Below, piece after piece: positions 39,426 through 52,620 of a DNA stretch of 64,000 nt (position 1 is its first letter; the number at the start of each line of letters is the position of its first letter). Source of the DNA: Octopus sinensis (lineage: Eukaryota); contig NC_043002.1 in NCBI RefSeq assembly GCF_006345805.1, forward strand, positions 103,168,001 through 103,232,000, in the 5' to 3' direction. The notes beneath the pieces were generated by a model, which searched no databases, was not told the origin of the DNA, and saw only the letters and a program-made list of their open reading frames with translations. The translations under genes and the position numbers were made by a program.

Positions 39426-40187
39426 CACGTTGTGTATAACGTGACAAAAGTTGGGTAGCTTACTTTTAGCCTTCAGAGAAACAAATGGAACACTACTTTC
39501 TTGGCATCAAAGAAAAAATTATAGCGGAATCTAAGGCCAAAACAGTCCTGTTCAGATGACTTATCATCTAGTATTTCCAAATGATAACACAAAATCTTAC
39601 TCATTTTAGGGCTTGTGAAACTTGCTCGTGCGGGTTAAATACAACAGTTGTGAGTAACCAGTGCTTTATTCAGAACGATTATTTTTGACTGTTTATTCAC
39701 TGCATCTTCATTTTTTTTTCATATGGTAATTTGTCATCTGAGGAAAGTTAGAAGGTTTTTTTAAACTTCGACTGGATGCAAAGGGGGTCTTCTCGTATAT
39801 AATGGTTCTGACCCCGTCAGGAGATGTGACTTTTGTACTTTTCCTAGGAATATTTCTAACATTGTGCAACGCAAATGCATACCTGTAACTTAGTTATACA
39901 CGTTATTGAAGTATCATTTTCAGTGAACATTCTATGATGGAACATTAGGTTTTCCTTGATGATACCAATGAAATATCAAAGCAGTGGAGCACTCCAGAAC
40001 TTAATCGGTCCGTATTTTATCGGCCATAAAACGATGAAAATCAAACACGATTTTTGTCCGGCAAACAACGTATCTCCATTTTGTGTGATACTACTAATAA
40101 TAACGACAACAAAAACAAAAGTAAACATAACAGCAAAAGCTGCAGGAACATCAAAACCAATAATATCACTAACAGTAAAAGGAAATA

Positions 40188-40189
40188 GC

Positions 40190-40251
<62 letters not shown>

Positions 40252-40260
40252 TATTAATAA
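40188..40260. repeat. (AAT)n microsatellite
   Basis: Direct inspection. It explains the poly-N ORF 39956-40288. Confidence 0.95.
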
Positions 40261-40793
40261 TGGAAAGAAAAGTAAAAAAAAAATGTGATGAGATTGTTTT
40301 TATCGTAACATTTCTCAATTAGTTTAGCACGGATCGATGTTGAAACATATTGATCAGTTCCAAAGTGATCTATAGCATAGACACTTTGGCGGTATGTGAG
40401 AGCGTTACTTTTGACTGTTCTTACCATTCCTCATTCCTCCTCTGTAGACAGCATTTCTGAAGGATTACATACTTTCGGCTCGTTAATCCGCCAAGATCTC
40501 GCTTTTCACGCAGCTTTCAGCCATATCAGAAACCAGCGTTTGTGGGCGAGGTGAGGAGCGAAGTGCATGTACGAAGGTTTAGAGAGGATAAAGAAACTAC
40601 TTAACAAAGTTTAAATCGATAATCCATGTTGCATGCCATGCTGATTGTCGTTTTATGTATGCATTTCCTGTAAATACAGGCTGACGCATCAGCAAAAATT
40701 CAGGTCACCTTATTTAACACAATGACGCATACATGCATACGTACATGTACACAAAGAAAACAGATGCACACATGTATATGTATACAACATGTT

Positions 40794-40854
<61 letters not shown>

Positions 40855-40870
40855 TATATATATATGTATG

Positions 40871-40921
<51 letters not shown>

Positions 40922-41159
40922 GTATATATATATATATATATGTATATATATGTATATATATATATACATATATGTGTATACAAAATGGACACCTACATGT
41001 ATATGCATACATACATGTATGTATGTATATATATATATATATTATATATATATATAGATGAGTGACAGAGTGTATGTGTTCGTGTGTATGCATGTATACA
41101 TGTAGGTATGTATGCATACATTTATCTATGTGTAAGGTAAGATGTGTGTGTGTATATAT

Positions 41160-41553
41160 ACTCTTTACTCTTTTACTTGTTTCAGTCATTTGACTGCGGC
41201 CATGCTGGAGCACCGCCTTTTATCGATCAACTCGACCCCGGGACTTATTCTTTTGCAAGCCCAGTACTTATTCTATCGGTCACTTTTGCCAAACCGCTAA
41301 GTAACGGGGACATAAATACACCAGCATCGGTTGTCAAGCAATGCTAGGGGGACAAACACAGACACACAAACACACACACGCATATATACGACGGGCTTCT
41401 TTCAGTTTCCGTCTACCAAATCCACTCACAAGGCTTTGGTCGGCCCGAGGCTATAGTAGAAGACACTTGTCCAAGGTGCCACGCAGTGGAACTGAACGTG
41501 GAACCAAGTGGTTGGTAAACAATCTATTTACCACACAGCTACTCCTGCGCCTA
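41160..41553 (-). mobile_element. SINE family A, full length
   Basis: As above; the head 'ataggcgcaggagtagctgtgtggtaa' is at the right end. Confidence 0.93.
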
Positions 41554-42192
41554 TAAAATTGTAACATGTTGCAAACATGTTCCTTCTCCTCTCTCCTTAT
41601 ATGTCCCTGTCTCATACACAAAAGTTACGAACATGTGTACACGTGTATTGTTGTGCGTGAATACATGTATATATGTATATGGATAAATATACGCGCATAC
41701 ATATGAGTATATAAGTCCGTATTTATTTATATATATATACATACGTATCTACACATACATATATATATCTGACAAAGGAAGCGGAAGATGGTTTTAATAC
41801 GAATCTTTATTCAGCACGACGATCGTTTCGACCTATCCTGCATCTGTCCAATAGGGATGGGATATTGTGCATTAGGCTGCGTTGCATGAATCAGTGCAGG
41901 CTGTTTCACTTCAGTAGTTCGTGTAGGACAAGATACCCCACCAAATATTCTGAAATCGCATTGGCTTTTTTTTCTAGTTAGTTGTGCATGGGTACACTGA
42001 GAGAACATAGGATGGGATTGGCTATAGTTGACCGTATAACCATATGTATAAACTCATAGTTGATTTACCGCAGGGTTGCCAACGTAGATGCAGGGGAGAT
42101 TATAAAGTTACTGTGGATGACATCAGGTTGTCCAAACGGTGAATGTGCTTTCATTGGCATGCTAATAGACATATAACCAAAGTCCGAGTAGT

Positions 42193-42235
<43 letters not shown>

Positions 42236-42309
42236 GTGGAGAGAGAGAGGGGGGAACTAACTACTTAGCTAAGGATTTCCGATTCAGCACAATCTTCGCT
42301 GCTTGAAAG

Positions 42310-43075
42310 AGGGCGAGCCGGCAGAAACGTTAGCACGCCGGGTGATATGTTTCGCGGTATTTCGTCTGCCATACGTTCTGAGTTCAAATTCCGCCGAGGT
42401 CGACTTTGCCTTTCATCCATTCGGTGTCGATTAAATAAGTACCAGTTACGCACGGGTGTCGATGTAATCGACTTAATACCTATGTCTGTCCTTGTTTGTC
42501 CCCTCTATGTTTAGCCCCTTGTGGGTAATAAAGAAATAGATATTTCGTCTGCCGTTACGTTCTAAGTTCAAATTCCGCCGAGGTCAACATTGCTTTTCAT
42601 CTTTTCGGGGTCGATTAAATAAGTACCAGTTATGCACTGAGGTCTGTTAACCCACTTAATCCCTTTGTCTGTACTTACTTAGCCACTTGTGAGCAATAAA
42701 GAAAAGAAACGTTAGCACGCCGGACAAAATGCTTAGCATTCTGTGTTCAAATTCTGCCGAGGTCAACATTTCCTTTTATCCATTTGGGGTCGGTAAATTA
42801 AGTACCAGTTGCGTACTGGGGTCGATCTAATCGACTGGCCCCTCCCCCAAAATGTGAGCCCTTGTGCCTAGGGTGGAAAAGAATAGTTAGCACGTCGGGC
42901 AAAATGCTTAGATGCATTTCGTCCGCCTTGACATTCTGAGTTCAAATTCCGACGACGTCAGCTTTGCGTTTCACTTTCTCGGTGTTGATACAATAAGTAC
43001 AATTTAAGTACCGAGGTGGGTGGAATGGACAAGCCCCCTCCCCGAAATTTCAGACCTAGCTCCTATAGCAGAAAG
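42310..43075 (+). mobile_element. SINE family B, multimeric copy (about 4 units)
   Basis: Repeated 'caaattccgccgaggtc' units at about 42388, 42569, 42748 and 42945. Confidence 0.88.
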
Positions 43076-44142
43076 GATGTTTTTTCAAATAAAAATTTAA
43101 AAAATTCATTATATTTTCTTATGGATAATCATTTTTACCGACTGTATGGCCTTTCATCTAAGTTGTCTTAGGCTTTTGTCGTTTCAATTGTCCTTTCGTT
43201 GGTCTTTCTGCTTACATTCGGCATTTTAGCTATTATATCCGAATTGGACTTCAACAGATTTTATGTCTGTTTTAACTTACTTGTTTTGTTCGTTTCCTGT
43301 GAGAAAGATATTTTCGAATAGAAATGTTTTAAACTTTTCTCTGGTTGTACCGAAAGGATGTTCATAATCGAGATTATTTGTAAATTATAATTTGTGGTGA
43401 GATTTCTTGTTGTGGTGCTTGAATAGATTTAAAGATATATAAATATGTGTATAATTCTTAAACGTATCTGAAGAATCGCTTAAAGATTACGTCATATTTT
43501 GTGCATAGCCATGGGATATTGTAAGAAATAAGCGAAACACTTGAGATAATAATGATAGAGAAGAGGACTTTAGATAATATTAATAAAAAAAAAGGAAAAA
43601 TTAAAATTGAGAGCTTTTGACAAAGACAAAGAAAATAAATTCCTCCGCGCTCACTCATCGTTTGGTGATGTGTCATTACAACTTATTTAGTATTTTTTTG
43701 TCTGAATATTTGATAAGGTTAAGTTGTGTAAAGAACGAAAATGAAATATGCGTTAAATGTTTGTTTGTAATTCATTCGCAGTATATTCATATGGGTGTTC
43801 GTAATATATACGCGTGTGTGGACCCATATTGTTGTACGTGCATATGAGAGAGGGAGAGGAAAAAGTGAGAGAAAGAGATATATATGAAACATAGTTTGAT
43901 AAGAATGCAGGAGACATCTCTCCAATCTCCCCCTGTCAAATACCTCACACATTTCACAGACTGAGAATAATTACATTAAAATTCAACGTTATTTTCTAGG
44001 ACGCAAACATTTAAAGACGAAGAATGGTCGGGCTCTTGGCATTTATATGGTTGTTGAAAAGTTCCATTTGGCGACTCAATTTTCTTGACCTTTTTCGCTC
44101 ATCCGTTGCACTTATTGTTCTCTATTTCACATCTCACAAGTA

Positions 44143-44520
44143 AAACCGTTACTCTTTTACTTGTTTCAGTCATTTGACTGCGACCATGCTGGAGCACCGT
44201 CTTTAGTCAAGCAAATCGACCTCAGGGCTTATTCTTTGTAAGCCTAGTACTACTGCATCGTCTCTTTTTGCCGAACCGCCAACTTACTGGGACGTAAACA
44301 CACCGACATCGGTTGTCAAGCGATGTTGTGGGGGGGGGGACACAGACACACAAATATATATACATATACAAATATACGACGGGCTTCTTTCAGTTTCCAT
44401 CTACCAAATCCACTCACAAGGCTTTGGTCGGCCCGAGGCTATAGTAGAAGACACTTGCCCAAGATTCCATGCAGTGGGACTGAACCCGGAACCATGTGGT
44501 TGGTAAGCTACTTACCGCAT
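44143..44520 (-). mobile_element. SINE family A between two copies of a 150-bp direct duplication
   Basis: Family A sequence. Flanks 43988-44135 and 44533-44683 are near-identical. Confidence 0.9.
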
Positions 44521-45494
44521 ATTAAAATTTAAGTTAGTTTTCTAAGACGCAAACATTTGAAGACGAAGAATGGTCGGGCCCTTGGCATATTTATACGGTT
44601 GTTGAAAATTTCCATTTGGCGACTCAATTTTCTTGACCTTTTTCGCTCATTCGCTGCGCTTATTGTTCTCTGTTTCATATCTCCTCTTACCTCTCTCTCC
44701 TTTTAAAACTCACGTCGCCGATTGCTACACATGTTTCTCTTTTTTTTTTTAATAGAAAAACAGTATGCTTCAATTGCTCAAATTTCGGTTCACAAATATT
44801 TCCTGTCCCATTGCTCATCCTTAACTGTACAGGTATTCAAGAAGTGATTGAGGAAAATTCCACACGACTAATTTCGAAAAAAAATTCTCGCAGTCTCACT
44901 AAAGGAAGCGGCTATACTGTCGCCATTCTTTGTCATTTCTAATTTTAATGAAATGGTTTTTGATCCTCATAAACGCATAATCTCGTGCCAAAGGGGCTCA
45001 GGACTTTAAGGCTTTTTCCCAGTTTCGTTGTACCTGCAATCATATCACCAGTATTAAACATTAGGGGAACGTTACATTTTTCAGAACGTCCACTCATAGA
45101 AAGCCCCTCCGAAGGCATTTAACGAAGATGTGGGATCATAGATAGAGATATAAGATTGGCATTAAGGCACACACATCACCGGCCCGGCCTCTATATACAT
45201 ACACACACACACGCACGCACACACACAAACACACACATATATATATATGTATGTATATATATATATTTCTTTATTTATGTATATATTTATTTATATTGTA
45301 TATGTATGTGTGTGTGTATGAATCTATGTATTTATGTGTGATAGTATATGTGTGTATGCATAAATACATATATTTCCATACTTATAGACATATACATATA
45401 TATATTCATTTGTGTATATACACGTACACGCTAGTGTGTGCGTGTGCGTGTATGAGTGAAGGAGACAGATAGAGAGAAAGGGAGAGATATATAA

Positions 45495-45539
<45 letters not shown>

Positions 45540-46004
45540 AAGAGAAATTGTCTCAGCCTTTAGAAGGAACACTATACAATTTCATGGTTGAGCATAATGT
45601 ATTATTTCGGATGATCCAGTCGACCGGTACAGTTTTGTTGTCTCTATGTCCCGTCAGTTCATTGGAAAGTATAAACATTGTTATCTCTTCCGTTCGATGA
45701 ACCAAGCATAGTTTGGAAAACACCACAGTTGATGGGGATGTCTCGTGTTGAAAGACCCGAAACGAAATATGATCTAAGCGACGTCATTTATGGGGTGTCT
45801 TAGTTCATAATGTGTATCTTGCACACGCACGCATACGCACACCGACATACAGAAATATAAACACACATAAACTTACATCTTCATACAAACAAATATATCT
45901 ATATATTGTTCCACACACACACACATATATATTATTATAAGTGTACGTATGTAAGTATTTATGTATGTACGTATGTATATATTATATATATATATATGTA
46001 TATA

Positions 46005-46049
<45 letters not shown>

Positions 46050-46074
46050 ATATATATATATATAATATATATAT

Positions 46075-46117
<43 letters not shown>

Positions 46118-46179
46118 TATATATGCATAGAGATAGATAGATATACATATTTATACACGATTATACATGTAGAAATATA

Positions 46180-46222
<43 letters not shown>

Positions 46223-46320
46223 ACATTATACATATAAACAGAATTGTATATATATATATGCAGTATACATATACTTATAATTATATGTGCGCACACACCA
46301 CACACACAGACACACACACC

Positions 46321-46424
<104 letters not shown>

Positions 46425-47039
46425 CTATTGCATACAGATTGGCAGAGGTACAGAGGGAGAGGGACAGAGAGATACATTTACTTCGGAATTTAAATGGCGT
46501 GAAGAAACATATGAGTGTCAAAAGTCGTTTCGAAAATGTATAATTTTCTCAATATACATTTAAGGGTCAGCCACCTTATATTATTAAATGTCTTTGTCTA
46601 CAAAACACTATCACCCATTCTGTCAAAGCTTGCAGCAGTGAAATATCGATTTTGCAGGTGAGGACCCTTACCCATTAATGGACGAAACACAATTTCTCTT
46701 AGTAAACATATTTAAGACAATATACTGAAGTAAAAAAAATACAAAAGAATTAAATGATTAACTATAAAATACATCATAGAAAAAAAATCAAAAGATAAAT
46801 ATGTTTCCTGATCGAATAATATTAGATTAAATTAAATGGTGTTCCAGAATGAAATTTAACATGAAATCTTCTAGGAAACGGAATTTTCTGTTGTCTTGTT
46901 AGATTTTTCTGTTACAACAATATTCGTCTGTAAACGTATTTGCCGAAAGAATGGACAGAATACATGGTCACTTCATGTCACTATTATATTAACATTGATT
47001 GTGTGTGTGCGCGCGCGAGTGTGTGCATGTGTATGTATG

Positions 47040-47090
<51 letters not shown>

Positions 47091-48204
47091 TATAATATAT
47101 ACATATATATATATATATATATAGCAAACATTTAGATTTAAATCTTAAATCTGTTGTAATACTTACAACATTTTATAAAATGATGTAGTACGAAACGATT
47201 GTACCAAATTACCGGAGTCATTCTTGTTGCTTTTTTTGATTATATATATATATATATATATATTTACACATGCATAAATATATATATGTACATATACAAA
47301 TATACACATATAAACACACGCGCGCACACACATATTTATATACCAAAGATGAAGGCCTGTGAGTAGAATTATAGAGAAAAAGGCTGGTTCATGTACAAAA
47401 AAAAAATACTAGATGTTAATTCTTGTGTAAAATTTTCCAAAAAAGTCACTGGATTTGATCTCGAGTCTCCGGAACACACCTCGCATCCCACAAAAAGAAA
47501 AAAAATACTGATCAAAGGGAGATAACTAAGTAAAAGCTGAGCGAAAAATTAACGTGAAATGTCATAGAGGCCACAATAATGTTTGTCTGTGGAAAAGGCG
47601 ACGATGATTTTATTCCTCGTTTACCTTAAATACCTTGCAGTCTGCCGTTTGAGTTCAAAACGGATAAAACTAAAAACATAGATTAAAATTTATTGAACTT
47701 AAGTATTACAACATACAAGAATACAAATAGTTTTTCTTAGACGAATATAGTATGATGTTGATAAAATCAATTCAAAGTTACTATTCCTTCTGCGAATTTA
47801 ATTTGTTGATTCCATGCTAAAACTTCCTTCTAGACAATGTTTCGTGTTCTATATGTAGGGTCGAAAATGAAACGATCATTGTTACTCCCCTCTCTGTAAG
47901 CCCCAACATATAACAGAGCGTGCGAAAAACATTGAAAAAGACACGTGTTAGAAAGTGAAGTTGTTTGAACTCGAATGGCATATTGGCTAGTATTAAAGAT
48001 GAGGAATAAAGAACAGAAACAGAAATCATTGTTGCATCTATAACATTTCCAGCTTATTTCTTCAGCTCTTGTGCCATTGCACACCTTTGTTTCTGAAAGG
48101 TTCCGCCTATTTTCAATCGAAGGCAACCCCCTATATTTAACAATATATATGTAGAAATATAAAAATCTAAACATACGTATAAACATACGTATATATAAGT
48201 ATGG

Positions 48205-48271
<67 letters not shown>

Positions 48272-48273
48272 AT

Positions 48274-48313
<40 letters not shown>

Positions 48314-48821
48314 TATAAGAGGTAATGGTGTCAATAAGACCCAAAGGGGTCAGGTAATGCTGCGTAAGTGCTATAGATAGACTATAGTTAAGCTCCTGGT
48401 TCGGTGATTATGCGAATGAGGAGTCCAGATTATTGTTTAACCATTTTCTCACACCGTCTCATATGAAGAGATACATAAAATATCCCGGAAAGCACTGTAA
48501 GAACTTCTTTATATAAATGTCCTGAATGCTTTCACAGTCTTGGATTTTTATCTAATTCTATATATGTTAGATAGATAGAGAGGTATATCTTTTAGGTACC
48601 TACGTATAAGAACCAAATGAGTGCAGTGTTGTCCGTACAACTCAAAGTAAGGTGAATAGAAACAAAATAAGCTACATGATATCATGTGGATAGGCATGCA
48701 TTTAGATTGATGTAACGATTGCATTGTTCAATTAAATGGAGCCGCTTGAAACGGTCGCACGTCATCACCTCTTGATATCCTGTTGCTTATTTCGATTATA
48801 TATATATATATACGACATGCT

Positions 48822-48978
48822 TTTCTTTATGTTTCCTTTTGTCAAATCCACGCACAAGTCTTTGGTGGACTCGAGGCTATAGCAGAAAACATTTGCCGAA
48901 TATGCCACGCAGTGGGAGTGAATCCGGAACCATATGGTTGAGAAGCAACCTTCTTACCATATCCCACAGCCACGCCTC
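48822..48978 (-). mobile_element. SINE family A, head-side fragment
   Basis: 'aaatccacgcacaagtctttgg..cgaggctatag..gccacgcagtggg..cacagccac'. Confidence 0.75.
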
Positions 48979-48980
48979 CG

Positions 48981-49011
<31 letters not shown>

Positions 49012-49044
49012 ACACACACACACACACACCACACACACACACAC

Positions 49045-49099
<55 letters not shown>

Positions 49100-52000
49100 T
49101 TATATATATATAGTGGATCATCACATTTTGAATCTAAAATCCAATGCTATCGGCTTTGGCTGCAAATAATGTATTACGATTTTCCAGAGAAACCACGATT
49201 ATATTAAACATAATCCTCTCCTCTGTATGTGAACTCATTCTCGTTTTAGAAATCATTACAATACTTACCATTCTTAAAATATTGTCATCAATTATATTTC
49301 ACTTCATTACAGTCTTTTATTCCTCCAGGAATGACATTTGATAAGGGATTCAGTATGGCGTTAAACCATTCGTTTAAAAGCTTCATGTGATTTATTTGTT
49401 GCTTATTAATTATGTTATCCTGCTGTAATACGTTAGTGCTTATCATAAATATTTCCAACTAGCATTAATAACCTTCTGTTACATCATTTCTGTCATTTAA
49501 AGAAATTAAATGTGCCGATACCGAAGCTTCTTCATCCGAAGTGAGTAAAATTCAGCCCACACCTGAAATTTCAGCCTCTTTCAGTTTGGAAATAGAATAC
49601 TGTAGAAATTTTCGAAATTCAAAAAAGATGAAAGTTAGCATACAAAATGAACGACAGAACCTATAAAACAAACCTCCATTTTAGCTTAATTTGCATATCC
49701 GTCAACATTTAAAATCTTCGATTCCATAATCTTTCGTTTAAGAAAGGCGGTTCATGGGCAAGACGGTTACAGTTTCGGAAATAATACCAAATATTTATAT
49801 GTTAAGCTCTAGATCACATTTGTGTATCTAGGTGTGGCTTTCTTTTCCATTTCCACGTTGGTATGTCCAAAATGGCTTCTTTCTAATGTTACTTTCCGTG
49901 TTTATGAAGAAAACGTTGTTTCTATTCGTCAGCATTTTTTCCTCATATCCTGCTTCTCAACGCTGTTATTTTTATCGCTGTTATATCATACTATGCGTCA
50001 TTTCTCTCTGATGTCGCTAAAGCTTTTTTATTTTGTAGTTTTCTGTTCTTTCAATGATAACATCCGGTACCGCAGATTTGTCATACTGTTTCCCTGTTCA
50101 CTTCGTTGAACAATATGTTTTCCTCGGACGATTTTCTTGTATCCGGTTTCCGTAGACATTCAATTCTGTGATTTCCATTGATATCTGGTCACCAGGTATT
50201 TACTTCGCTTGTCGCTTTACAGCAATTTTAAAAACTAAATTTATTTCGGAACCTAACAGTGAGTATCCATATATTCCGTTAAGTGTTTTTGTTTCTATTT
50301 TTAAGTCAAAATAATTGGATTTAATCTTTAATATTTAAATCTTACAGATTGCTGTAGTCACTATTTTTTACACTGAAAATCCAATAATGCGTTTTTCATT
50401 GAAATTATTCTTTTAACCCAATATTCTATATACAAATATTTATGAATTTCTCCACTTCAGGTTCCAGTATAAAAAGTAAGTTTTTCAAAATTCTATTGCA
50501 TAAAATATCATTTAGTTGATATTTCACTTTATTTCTGAATGAATTTCATTTACTTGTGTATGAATTAGCAAATTCACTAACGTGTCGGATATCATAACAA
50601 AATATCTTTACGCCTCGCTACATTCAGAATTAAAATTTCCTTGAAATCAAAATTGTATTTAATATTTAGGAGTGACGAAAAATACCGTGTCAATTTCATT
50701 TTGAGTGATTGGATGAATTCATTCCGAAATATTTGTCTTTATTCCAATCTAAGTAGTTAACGATTTTTCCAGCATTAAGTAGCGTTTATTGTATATTTAT
50801 AATGCGTTGCACAACGTTTCCAGAGAGTAAACGTGACGCCTCTTTTCGCTGAGGTTCTATAGGACCAATAATATTTTTGAAAGAACATTGTAAATGAAAT
50901 ATAAATCAACCTCTGTCGTTTCGGTAACTTAGTTTTAGAAGAATTTATGATATAGAAATAGAATTATGTTATTTGGTTACTTGGTATTTGTGACATATTC
51001 GCCAAAACATCTTCAACGAAAGTTTTCTGTCTTGAGATAAAAATACAAATTGAATAATGCGAGCGTGTATACAAGTTAGCAGAAAAAGAAGTCTCAGCTG
51101 AATCTAGCTTTAATACAGTTAATTGTAGCTTGACTCACTTTGATCCGGTTGACCGTTCATCAACGAAAAATGGATTAAAGAATAATAATTGTGAAATGCA
51201 TCGATCTGAAATACACAATAATCAATCGTTTGTTTTTCTGCAGAAACCACATGCAAACCGCTCCAATTGTTATAACTTTATTGCTTACGTTTAACAGACT
51301 TCTTAACTCTAGGACTTCAGTTATTCTTAAAAAACAGAGCACAGATGTAGTCTTGTTAAGATATCCACATTGATAGTCTTTGGTTCCATGCACCTTCAAA
51401 AGTCAGTTCTCATCACCAATCATGTCTTCTTTTAAATTGCTCGACAGATCAGATTGTATGTGAAAACGTGGTTAATTAAATTCTACTATAGCCGAATCTT
51501 CACTTAATTCTTGCATAGGAAATCGCGTTGACCCTTCGTATGAGAAGTCATTCAAATATATTTCGCATATTAATGGATAGGATGAAAGACCTAACCTGAC
51601 AACTAATCTGGCACCAACACCAGGTTCTTGAGTGCCTTTAGCGGAGAGAAGTCTTGTACTTCGTAATTATTTAGTCCTGGTGTCACATCTGGAGACATTT
51701 TCCTCTCTTTCTGCCACAATTACGGAAGGCCTGGAATAAAACTTTCTGGTCGCTGTCTTTACGCCTTTGGCTTCTATTATTATAAAAGCATCGAAGTTGT
51801 AATTATGTAATTAACATTGAATACTAATAGCATTTTGCTTGAAGAGTGTCAGCAATAAATTATATGTTGATTTCTTCAAGTCAATTGAATAGAACATTAG
51901 GTTCTTAGCTGTAATTGTCTAGTTTCGTTACAACTATTGATTGCTCCTTAGACATCAGATTCGTTAACCTAAACATTAATGCCTGCTTCTCCGAAGCCTA

Positions 52001-52394
52001 TGGATTTCTGTGCTTCAGCTATTGCAAATAATGAATGTTCAAAGAGATTTCTCTTGAGTAATCATGTCTTTTATTATTAACTGTTTAACAAGTTGTAGTC
52101 TGAGAGATTAACGCTATCACTGAAATTGTAACTGAAGTCCAAGTCCAGTCGATATCCAGTTGCGTTCGACATAATCCTCTCATGGGACTGTCTAAGCTTC
52201 GGAATGTAACGAAGTAATGTTGGAACAATGAAATGTAAACAAGGTGATCAAAAGTCGTCCGTTTAAATCCAGAACCGTTTCTTTATACCTTTCAACCCTA
52301 AGGCTGTGGTCATGCTGGGGCACCGCCTGTATAATAAACCTTTCAATGACTAATTTCAAGTGACTGGATTTTAGTGAAAGAGGGAGTTGAAATC

Positions 52395-52620
52395 TGCTGC
52401 CCATATATATATCGGCCAAGGCGCGTTCTCCACTATTCGAAGCAATGCTGGAATTCTTGCGAAGTGATGCCTTTTAACTCCTCTGTCGTTTCCTTCTTCA
52501 TCTCTTCCATATCTGCAAATTTCGTAGCACCAGCTTTGATCACCAGTGATTACCTTCGAAGAAAGGTCTGCAAGAATTTCCAAGCCTGAAAGATTCCTTA
52601 GAGATACATTGAGCATTTTT
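52395..52620 (-). mobile_element. internally deleted mariner transposase relic
   Basis: DLSSKVITGDQSWCYE (the ITGDESW motif with the first catalytic D) is joined directly to KFADMEEMKKETTEELKGITSQEFQHCFE*WRTRLGR (C-terminus). Confidence 0.8.

Noticed and set aside
41810-41900. Minus-strand GAAACGATCGTC half-hammerhead
   Set aside because: The 5' core is degenerate (CTGATTC) and stem II does not close; at most a decayed pseudo-LTR.
45728-45765. TTGATGG...GACCCGAAAC motif
   Set aside because: C3 is lost and there is no stem III or cleavage triplet.
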